The position numbers and the translations under genes were made by a program. Below the pieces are notes generated by a model that ran no database searches, was not told the origin of the DNA, and saw nothing but the letters and a program-made list of their open reading frames with translations. Of a DNA stretch of 64,000 bases, positions 19,358-26,622 are shown one piece after another (the first letter of the stretch is position 1; the number at the start of each line of letters is the position of its first letter). The stretch spans positions 1 to 64,000 of the IMG/VR virus record IMGVR_UViG_2857083903_000001, one strand, 5' to 3'. Origin of the DNA: a virus. Its lineage: Duplodnaviria > Caudoviricetes.

Positions 19358-22000
19358 CTATCGGCGGCCGCGGAGCCGCTGGTCGCTGTAGGCGTGGCTT
19401 CCGAGTCCGTGCTGGGCGGGGTCGGCGAGTTCGGTGAGGGCGTGGACGGCGGCGTCCATGCGGTCGGGTGAGTCCATGCCGGGCAGCCAGGTCACCATCT
19501 GCCTCTCCAGGTCGGGGAACTCCCCTACGTGGTGGACGCGGCCCTGCTCATAGAGCTGAGCGATGGGTTCGGCGCGCAGCCGTTTGCCTTGTTTGGCGTT
19601 GACTTCGACGATCCGCGGCATGGGCCGCCCCTGGGTGCGCCCGGATCGTTGGAGGTCTTGCCAGGCTTGGATGAGGACCTGCCGGGTCATGTCGCCGCCG
19701 AAGTTGGTCTCCACGACGAAGGCGTCGGCGTCGAGTTCGATGGCCAGCAGGCATGCCTCGGTACCCCAGGCGTTGGCGCCGTGGCGTCCGGAGCGGTCGG
19801 CGAGAAGGTAGAGGTCTCCGTCTGCTGCACGGCCGCCGGCGACGATGCCGGTTTCGTCGTTGGCGGTGCCAGCGCCTCCCGAGGGGTCGATAGCAACGAG
19901 GGTGCGGCTGAGGTCGACGCCGCGGAACGCGACGGGGCTGCACCGGTTGCCGGTGATCCAGGCCCACTGCCAGACACCACCATCGAGGGGTCGGGGCTGC
20001 TGCTGGTAGAGGGCCCACCAGACACGTTCACCGACGCCCTTGCGGATGCGGGCGAGGTCTTCGGTGTTGTACCGCTCGGGCCACAGAGCCTCGCCATGGC
20101 TGCGGCCAAGGGGATCGTCCTCCGCCATGGCCAGGGCAGGCAGGTCCAGGACGGTCCATTCGTCGCCCTCAGTCTCGAGAAGTCGGCCGGATAGGTCGTC
20201 GGGGTTCCAGCGGGTGTTGATGACGACCAGGCTGCCGTTGGGTTCGAGGCGGGTGAGGGCGACGGACTGCCACCAGTCCCAGACTCGGTCGCGCTGGGTC
20301 TGGGACTCTGCGTCCTCGGATCCCTTGAAGGGGTCGTCGACTATGAGGCAGTTGTGGACGAGTAGACCGTCAGCAAAGAAGTTGCTGTTTCCTTCCACTT
20401 GGATGTCATGGACTCGGACGCCTGGCGCGTGTACTCGGCGAACCAGGGATACGGCGTCTCCGTGGACTTGTGGTGTACGGCGTGGCAGGTGTAGCAGAGC
20501 AAGATGAGGTTCTCGACGCGGTTGTTCGCCGGGTTCTCGTCCAGGTGATGCACGATCAGGTTCGACCGCTGAGCAGGCACGCCGTTCCGCATGAACGTGA
20601 CCGGCTTGAAGCCGGCGGAGCAGACGACGCAGCAGTCCTTGTCCCGCTCGAAGATCAGCGGACGTGTCTCCTTGAACCACTTGCTGTAGCTGGTGCCGTC
20701 CTTGTAGTGGGAGTTTCCCCAGCCGAGCATGCGTATCGAGTGGGCCTTGTCCGCGCAGACGCGGGAGCAGTACACGGTTCGGCTGCTCAGAGGTCGAAAG
20801 AACAGTCCGCACATGGTGCACGGCTTTTCCGGATGCTCCCGAGAGTCGATGCGGCATTGCATCGAGCAGAACTTGTTGTTCCTCTTGCCTGGCATTGCGA
20901 TGTCGCAGTGCTGGCACCGGCGGGCGTTCTTCACCGCATGGTGCGCCTGCGAGTGGTCCTTGCAGCAGTAGAACGAGAAGTGTCCGCGCCGAAGAGCCTT
21001 GTTGTACTCGTACCGGGGCTTCAGGAATTCCTCGTTGCACCATAGGCAGCGAAGAAGGATCTTCACGTATCGAGCCTGGTTGTAGCAGTCCTTGCATGTG
21101 GGACTGAGCGTCCCCCTGGGCTTCCCCCGATCCTTGCCGCACAGTGTGCAGTGTCGGTTCGCCCTCGAGGACGTGCGTTGTAAGCCGGTCCCTGGGCCGT
21201 AGAGACGCGGCCGGCCGGTAACCGAATCCAGGGACATAGAAGGGGTGATCTCCGGTAGCCCGTACTGTATGCCCACGAGCGCTGGTGACTTCGATGAGTC
21301 CATCGGCGGTAGTTGTCCTCGTTGCCAGAATCCGGCGCCACTCCGGTCGGCCGGTCGCATGGTTGAAGGAGAGAACTCGCGGCTTCATCTTCATGGCCAC
21401 GAGTTCTGACATGGCAATTCTACCGATTTCCGTGGTCACCAAGGTCTCATCAGGCAAACAGTTCGCTCCTTTTCCTGTGAGGCCACCGCCCACGCCGGCG
21501 GTAACCATTCCGCCTTCGCGCCCGTCGATATCGAATCGGTTCGCAGCGCGCGAGCCCTGATTGAGGGAGATGCCGAGAACGCTGGCGTAGCCGGTGATGG
21601 TGTCGCGGATCCATCGCCCGTGGTCATCGGCGAGAGTGGCGCTGTAGGAGGCGAGCATGAGCCGGTGATCGGGGTTGCGCCGCAGGTACCACACCGGGGC
21701 CCAACGTGAGGCTCGACGGCTTTTGCCATGTCTTGGAGGCATCGTCAGCATCACCTTGACCCGCTCCCCCACGGCGATGCGCTGGAACGCCTGGTCCACC
21801 AGGTCCAGGTGCCGTGCCTGCATCTCCTTACCGTTTGTGAGGACTGCCGCGAGGGCGCCTGGAGAGCGGTCCATTGCCATCTCGCGCTCAAGGTGAGCTA
21901 GCTGCGCACGCAGCTCGGGAGAGGCTGCACGGGCGATCTCCAGCCGCTGTTCTCGGGGAAGTTGCCGGTAGGCCGCCAGCAGATCGGCGTTACTTGTCAC
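19358..22000 (-). CDS. terL: Terminase large subunit, intein-containing (about 510 aa after splicing)
   Basis: Walker A MPPRHGKS, Walker B LIVDDP, NTRW coupling motif, nuclease IDPS...DETG...DRMDA; GTG at 22000 overlaps the terS end. Confidence 0.95.
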   Translation of the reverse strand: MTSNADLLAAYRQLPREQRLEIARAASPELRAQLAHLEREMAMDRSPGALAAVLTNGKEMQARHLDLVDQAFQRIAVGERVKVMLTMPPRHGKSRRASRWAPVWYLRRNPDHRLMLASYSATLADDHGRWIRDTITGYASVLGISLNQGSRAANRFDIDGREGGMVTAGVGGGLTGKGANCLPDETLVTTEIGRIAMSELVAMKMKPRVLSFNHATGRPEWRRILATRTTTADGLIEVTSARGHTVRATGDHPFYVPGFGYRPAASLRPRDRLTTHVLEGEPTLHTVRQGSGEAQGDAQSHMQGLLQPGSIREDPSSLPMVQRGIPEAPVRVQQGSSARTLLVLLLQGPLAGAPCGEERPPVPALRHRNARQEEQQVLLDAMPHRLSGASGKAVHHVRTVLSTSEQPNRVLLPRLRGQGPLDTHARLGKLPLQGRHQLQQVVQGDTSADLRAGQGLLRRLLRRLQAGHVHAERRACSAVEPDRASPGREPGEQPRREPHLALLHLPRRTPQVHGDAVSLVRRVHAPGVRVHDIQVEGNSNFFADGLLVHNCLIVDDPFKGSEDAESQTQRDRVWDWWQSVALTRLEPNGSLVVINTRWNPDDLSGRLLETEGDEWTVLDLPALAMAEDDPLGRSHGEALWPERYNTEDLARIRKGVGERVWWALYQQQPRPLDGGVWQWAWITGNRCSPVAFRGVDLSRTLVAIDPSGGAGTANDETGIVAGGRAADGDLYLLADRSGRHGANAWGTEACLLAIELDADAFVVETNFGGDMTRQVLIQAWQDLQRSGRTQGRPMPRIVEVNAKQGKRLRAEPIAQLYEQGRVHHVGEFPDLERQMVTWLPGMDSPDRMDAAVHALTELADPAQHGLGSHAYSDQRLRGRR
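20341..21237 (-). CDS. HNH homing endonuclease with multiple zinc fingers, nested in the intein in the +1 frame
   Basis: RDKDCCVVC...VHHLDENPANNRVENLILLCYTCHAVHH HNH motif, several CxxC/FCSxxC repeats; start uncertain (ATG 21237 or 21303; frame open to 21360). Confidence 0.85.
   Translation of the reverse strand: MSLDSVTGRPRLYGPGTGLQRTSSRANRHCTLCGKDRGKPRGTLSPTCKDCYNQARYVKILLRCLWCNEEFLKPRYEYNKALRRGHFSFYCCKDHSQAHHAVKNARRCQHCDIAMPGKRNNKFCSMQCRIDSREHPEKPCTMCGLFFRPLSSRTVYCSRVCADKAHSIRMLGWGNSHYKDGTSYSKWFKETRPLIFERDKDCCVVCSAGFKPVTFMRNGVPAQRSNLIVHHLDENPANNRVENLILLCYTCHAVHHKSTETPYPWFAEYTRQASESMTSKWKETATSLLTVYSSTTAS
20351..21460 (-). mobile_element. Intein (370 aa) in TerL, inserted just before Walker B
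   Basis: N-terminal CLPDETLV (block A), ATGDHPF (block B TxxH), VHDIQVEGNSNFFADGLLVHN (blocks F/G), +1 residue Cys. Confidence 0.95.
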
Positions 22001-22523
22001 TGCCGTCTTCCGCTGCGGCATTCTCGGTGTTGTCCTCGGTGGCCTTAGAAGCTCCCAGTCCCATGAGCGTCTCAAGTTCCGCGCTGGTGACGGGCCCCAT
22101 CTGGAGTGGCCCGCCGTCAGGCCCGGTGACTTCGGCCTTGGTGGGCATGTCGAGGCCGTTGAGTTTGGCCCGCCGGTCCATGAGGCGTAGGACGGTGTCG
22201 ACGGCCCGCATGTCGAGGGCGTGGTCGACGACGTTGCCTTCCTTGTCGAGGACCGGGGAAGGCTTGGTGGCGCGGGGCCAGGCGGCTTCGAGGAGGGCGT
22301 CGAGGCGTTCGTTCTCCTGCTGCCGGTAGATGCTGATCTCGGCGGCTTCTTCGTCGCGGTGGGCTTCGAGGGCGCGTTTGAGGTCGCTGCGGGCGGTGGC
22401 TGCGCTGGCGTAGCCGAGTGCGAGGATGCGTTCGTCGTCGTAGCGGACGCCTTCGCGGCGCAGCTTGAGCAGTGCGGTGCGGCGGACGGCTACTTCGTCC
22501 TGCTTGAGTCTGGACCAGGGCAT
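21990..22523 (-). CDS. terS: Terminase small subunit (putative)
   Basis: N-terminal HTH, RRAKLNGLD.P.K.EVTGPDGGP motif, overlaps the terL start. Confidence 0.8.
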   Translation of the reverse strand: MPWSRLKQDEVAVRRTALLKLRREGVRYDDERILALGYASAATARSDLKRALEAHRDEEAAEISIYRQQENERLDALLEAAWPRATKPSPVLDKEGNVVDHALDMRAVDTVLRLMDRRAKLNGLDMPTKAEVTGPDGGPLQMGPVTSAELETLMGLGASKATEDNTENAAAEDGSDK

Positions 22524-22551
22524 GGCGGTGGGGCTCCCGCTGTGTGGTTGT

Positions 22552-22602
22552 CAGGCCCCGCGCCTATCACGGATGATCGCCGATTTTTGCTGGTGTGTTC
22601 CC
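22552..22602 (-). promoter_or_regulatory. Late-type promoter GGGAAC-N18-GATCAT plus AGGCGCGGGGCCTG box (terS)
   Basis: Third copy of the motif, at the head of the virion operon. Confidence 0.75.
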
Positions 22603-22634
22603 TCGGGTGGGGGTGTGGGAGGACGATGCGCGGC

Positions 22635-23054
22635 ATGAAGCGTGCGCGTGTGGGGTGGGTTGTAGGGGCTGTGGCGGCCGCGGTGGTGCTGGCGGGCTGT
22701 GGTGACGGCGGTGGGGATGCGAAGCCGTCTTCGAGCCCGTCGGCGTCGTCGCGGGTGGTGGAGCCGCGGTCGGCGTTTGAGGTGTATCAGGGGGTGACTG
22801 CGGCCGGGTGCACTGATGCGGATGACTGTCAGGCGTTCATGACGCGGAAGCTGGCGGCCGCGGTGAAGGTGCGGGAGGCGATGCAGGCGAAGGACTCGGC
22901 CGTGTACGCGGAGCCGATCGGTGCTGTGGACGAGGCGGAACGGCAGGCGGACCACTACGGGCGGAGCAATTTGGGGGCGAAGGGCAACAGCCTCGCGGTG
23001 TCGTTGCCGTTGCAGCGGATGGTGGCGTGGTTCCGGGAGCATCCGGAGGGTTGA
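22635..23054 (+). CDS. Lipoprotein
   Basis: MKRAR + hydrophobic stretch + lipobox LAGC, Ser/Pro linker; divergent from terS. Confidence 0.8.
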   Translation: MKRARVGWVVGAVAAAVVLAGCGDGGGDAKPSSSPSASSRVVEPRSAFEVYQGVTAAGCTDADDCQAFMTRKLAAAVKVREAMQAKDSAVYAEPIGAVDEAERQADHYGRSNLGAKGNSLAVSLPLQRMVAWFREHPEG

Positions 23055-23061
23055 GGGTATG

Positions 23062-23103
23062 GGGCGGCCCCGCCTCCGTGGGGGTTTTCGGGGGCGGGGC
23101 CGG
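23062..23103. terminator. GC-rich hairpin between convergent units
   Basis: GGCCCCGCCTCCG / CGGGGGCGGGGCC inverted repeat. Confidence 0.6.
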
Positions 23104-23224
23104 GTCTTGTGGCACGGTCCCTGAGTTCGCCTTGGCGCGGGGGTGCTAAGCCGCCCCCAGGGACCGTGCTAGTTCATGGTGGCGTATGGGGCGGGGTTTG
23201 TCAGAGGTGCCTTCCCCCTGCGGG

Positions 23225-23779
23225 TTAGTCGCCTGCGGGGAGTTGGTTGCGGTTGCTGGCCCACAGGCCGCGGTTGGTGCTGTTCACGGTGCGGGTGTCC
23301 TGGTGGACGGTGCCGGTGTAGTGCTGGTGGATGACGGGCGGTGCGGCTTCCACGACCTGGCGGGCGCGGCGGAGGAAGCGGGCGAGGGCGAGGATCGGCA
23401 GCGCGATGGTGGCGGGCGCGGCCGCTGCGATGGCCAGGGCGGCCGGGTCGACTTGGCCGAGGGTGTAGACGACGAGGCTGGTCATGCCGCCGATGGGGAG
23501 TGAGGCGATGCCGGTGCAGAGGATTGTGGTGTTGAGGTCGACGGCGCGCTGGCTCATGGGGGGCCGTCCGGGCTGGGGCACGGGGGCGGTCGGCCCGGTG
23601 GTGTAGGTGGCGGGGAGGGTGTCGTCGCGGTAGGCGGTGGGCGTGGTCTTCGCGGTGTTGGTGGTGGTGAAGGCGGATTCGAGGTCGGCGAGGAATGCCT
23701 GGGCGGCGGTGTTGGTGGTGGGCTGCCCGGCCTGGGTGGCGTGGGGCTGCCGTCCGGGGGGCTCGGGCAGTCGGTTCAC
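23225..23779 (-). CDS. Membrane protein of the transfer/spread module
   Basis: GTG after AGGAG; PQPGRPPMSQRA motif followed by two hydrophobic helices; downstream of TraB. Confidence 0.7.
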   Translation of the reverse strand: MNRLPEPPGRQPHATQAGQPTTNTAAQAFLADLESAFTTTNTAKTTPTAYRDDTLPATYTTGPTAPVPQPGRPPMSQRAVDLNTTILCTGIASLPIGGMTSLVVYTLGQVDPAALAIAAAAPATIALPILALARFLRRARQVVEAAPPVIHQHYTGTVHQDTRTVNSTNRGLWASNRNQLPAGD

Positions 23780-23805
23780 GGGGATCGGTCTCCTGTCGGG
23801 GTGGG

Positions 23806-26094
23806 TTAGTCGGTGAGCTGGTAGGTGCCGCGGCTGATGGCGGTGACGTGGCCGGCGTCGCGGAGTTCGGCCATGGCGTTGTTGACGCTGCCGGCGGCGA
23901 CGTCGGAGAGGTGGCGGCGGACGTCCTTGAGGGCCATGGGGCCGTCGGTGAGGAGGTCGAGGATGCGGTCCTTGATGCTGCCGGCGCTCGGCTGGTCGTC
24001 TTCGTCGTCGAGGACGACCTGCGTGTTGGATGCCTGCTGGCCGGTTTCGGGTGTGTCGTCGTCGCATTCTCCGGCGAGGAGGGCTTCGGCGTGGTCGAGC
24101 CAGCGGGCGTAGGACTCCTGGAAGACGCGGTCCTCGTCGGGGGTGAGGCGTGGGATGGGCGCGGATTCCATGAGGGTGATAAGGCCGGGGTAGGTCTTGT
24201 TCTCCTTGTGGGCGTACCAGGTGCGGTTCAGGAAGAGGCTTCCGCCGTTGATGATGTTGGCCATGCCGGCGGTGATGGGCCCCTTGGGGGCTTCGAGGCC
24301 GTGGAAGGCTGCGTCGATACTGCTGCCGTCGCTGGTGTTGAAGTAGCGGGGGATGGGTTCGATCTGGACGCCGGGCGGGAGGACGCCGTCGCGGGCCATG
24401 CTCTGGGTGGTGGAGGAGTTGGTGCGGCCGAGCCAGACGGTGCCGTTCTTGGCGTTGGCGCGGATGCGGTCTTTGTCGCCGAGGTCGGCGAGGTGGATGG
24501 ACTGGGCGGCGAAGCGGATGCCGAGGCCGAGCTTGCGGCCGGTTGACTGGGTGTCGCCGACCAGGCCGGTGACCCACTTGCGGAAGGGGCGGGGGACGAC
24601 GGCGTCGGCGGAGAGGATGCGGTTGAGTTCGTCGAGGGTGACGTTGACCAGTGGCCAGGGGTTGCCGATGTCGAAGGAGCCCCAGCCGTTCTGGGCGCTG
24701 ACCTGTTCGCGGTACTTACTGAGGTCGTTGGCGGCGGCGAGAGTGGCGGCGGTGGCGGCGATGCCCTTGCCGAAGTGGTAGACGCGGCCGTCGACCTCGG
24801 GCAGGGACATGCCGTCCTGGGCGTCGGCGGCAATGGAGACGATGCCGCTGATGCGTTCGCCGGCGATGACGTGGAGCAGGGTGACGGACTTGCCTGCGCC
24901 GGGGGCTCCGACGTACAGGTCGGTGATGGCTCCCATCTGGGGGTCGTAGAGGGGGACGCGGCCGGTGCGGCCGTCGGGGCGTTGGCCGAGGGCGATGGTG
25001 CCGTCGGGCTGCATGGTGAGGTCTTCGATGGTGGCTTCGCGGACGTTCATCAGCGGGTGGGTTTTGTAGATGCTGATGAGGCCCTCTCCGAGTCCGTCGG
25101 TTTCGACCATGAGGAGGGTGGCGTCGGCGATGTCGAAGGCGCGGGCGAGCATCTTCTGATTGAGCTGGATGAGGTGTCCGTCGGGGGCGGTGGTGCGTAG
25201 CGCGATCCGGTTGTCTTCGATGCGGTAGTCGGTGAGGAGCATGCCGGGGGCGGCGCCGCGCGGGTGGGTGATCTTCTCGTTCCAGATGCGGTGGATGGGG
25301 TCCTGTTCGGCCTGGGCGGCGGTGTCGAGGGTGGGGCGGGCGATGAGGACTTTCCGGCCGGGTCCGGAGCCGTCCATGGGCTGGAGGGTGACGGTGCCGG
25401 CGGGGAGGTCGAAGACGGCGGCGAGGGTGGTGGGGTTGAGGTCGGGGACGGCTTCGCCTTGGGGGGCGACGACGATGCCCCAGAAGTCGGGGGCGTTGTC
25501 CTGGTAGGGGGTGACGTTGGTGAGGAGGGTGTTGCCGGTGGTTCGGGCGGTGACCCATTCCCAGGCCCGGTATTCCTCGTAGGTGCGGGGGGCGGGCAGG
25601 GCGGGCGGGGTCTGCTGGGCGGGGGTGGTGTCGGGGGTGGGCGTCTCTGTGGTCGGGGTGGGGAGGATGGCCTTGAGGTTCAGGGAGTGGGTGATGGGGG
25701 TGGTGCCGGCCATGGTGATGCCCCAGGCGGCGGGCGCGAGGTACTCCCACCAGGTGGTGCCGGGGTGGAGGAGGTCGGTGAGGTAGACGCTGGCGCCGGT
25801 CAGCCAGGGCAGGGCGCGCTGGGTGGCCTGGAGGAAGCCGAGGGTGTGACCGGTGGTGTCGTCGTCGCGGCGGTCGAGTTTCTTCCACAGCCAGCAGAAC
25901 GCGCCGACGGCGATCCCGCCTGCGGTGAGGTGGGCTGCCGTCCAGTCGGGCTGGGTGGGGGCGATGGTGATGCCGAGGGTGGCGGCGCCGTAGGTGAGGC
26001 GCTCGAGCTGGATTCGACGGCGCAGACTGTGTGCGGGTACGAGCCGGGGGCCGTCGGTGGCGGCTTCGATAGCGGGGGTCTGGTCGGTGGCCAC
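23806..26094 (-). CDS. traB: FtsK/SpoIIIE-like conjugative DNA translocase (Streptomyces TraB type)
   Basis: N-terminal TM segments, Walker A GAPGAGKS, Walker B VTLDE, FAAQS motif, C-terminal winged helix. Confidence 0.85.
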   Translation of the reverse strand: MATDQTPAIEAATDGPRLVPAHSLRRRIQLERLTYGAATLGITIAPTQPDWTAAHLTAGGIAVGAFCWLWKKLDRRDDDTTGHTLGFLQATQRALPWLTGASVYLTDLLHPGTTWWEYLAPAAWGITMAGTTPITHSLNLKAILPTPTTETPTPDTTPAQQTPPALPAPRTYEEYRAWEWVTARTTGNTLLTNVTPYQDNAPDFWGIVVAPQGEAVPDLNPTTLAAVFDLPAGTVTLQPMDGSGPGRKVLIARPTLDTAAQAEQDPIHRIWNEKITHPRGAAPGMLLTDYRIEDNRIALRTTAPDGHLIQLNQKMLARAFDIADATLLMVETDGLGEGLISIYKTHPLMNVREATIEDLTMQPDGTIALGQRPDGRTGRVPLYDPQMGAITDLYVGAPGAGKSVTLLHVIAGERISGIVSIAADAQDGMSLPEVDGRVYHFGKGIAATAATLAAANDLSKYREQVSAQNGWGSFDIGNPWPLVNVTLDELNRILSADAVVPRPFRKWVTGLVGDTQSTGRKLGLGIRFAAQSIHLADLGDKDRIRANAKNGTVWLGRTNSSTTQSMARDGVLPPGVQIEPIPRYFNTSDGSSIDAAFHGLEAPKGPITAGMANIINGGSLFLNRTWYAHKENKTYPGLITLMESAPIPRLTPDEDRVFQESYARWLDHAEALLAGECDDDTPETGQQASNTQVVLDDEDDQPSAGSIKDRILDLLTDGPMALKDVRRHLSDVAAGSVNNAMAELRDAGHVTAISRGTYQLTD

Positions 26095-26133
26095 AGGTGG
26101 TCCTCCTTCGCTGGCTGTCGTGGGGTGGGCGGG

Positions 26134-26622
26134 TTAGCGGACGGTATTGAAGCCGGGCTTTGGCTGCGCGTAGGGGGATGCCTGGCGGACTTCGTAGATG
26201 CCGCGGTATTCGGTTTCGTGGGCGTCGCCGACGGCGCGGGCGTTGGCTTCCATGCCGTCGGCGGCGCCGGCGAGTTCCCCGGAGGCTTCCGCGACTCGGT
26301 CGAGAGCTTGGGAGGCTTCGATGGCGAGGCCCTGGAAGTAGGGGTCGACGCCTGCTTGACCGCACATTTCGGAGATGCGTCGGGCCTGTTCGGCGTCGCG
26401 GTGCATGCGGTCCTTGAGGAGGTGCAGGTTCTCCTTGAGCCACATCGCGGCAGTGGCGAGGGCCATGAAGCGTGCGGTGAGGGTGACGAAGTTGAGGATG
26501 CCGAAGAGGAGTCCGCCGAACGTTTTGCGGGGGGCGGCCGGCTGGCTGCCGTCGGTCTGGCTGGCGGGCGGTGCGGGCGGGGTGGGGTCGGCGGGTTCGA
26601 TTTCGCTGCTCATGGCGGTCAT
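26134..26622 (-). CDS. Conjugal transfer accessory protein (helical)
   Basis: ATG overlaps upstream TGA; AHETEYRGIYE...PKPGF C-terminus; directly upstream of the translocase. Confidence 0.7.
   Translation of the reverse strand: MTAMSSEIEPADPTPPAPPASQTDGSQPAAPRKTFGGLLFGILNFVTLTARFMALATAAMWLKENLHLLKDRMHRDAEQARRISEMCGQAGVDPYFQGLAIEASQALDRVAEASGELAGAADGMEANARAVGDAHETEYRGIYEVRQASPYAQPKPGFNTVR

Noticed and set aside
22001-22075. Longer TerL start given by the ORF track
   Set aside because: Overlaps terS extensively; GTG at 22000 fits coupling better
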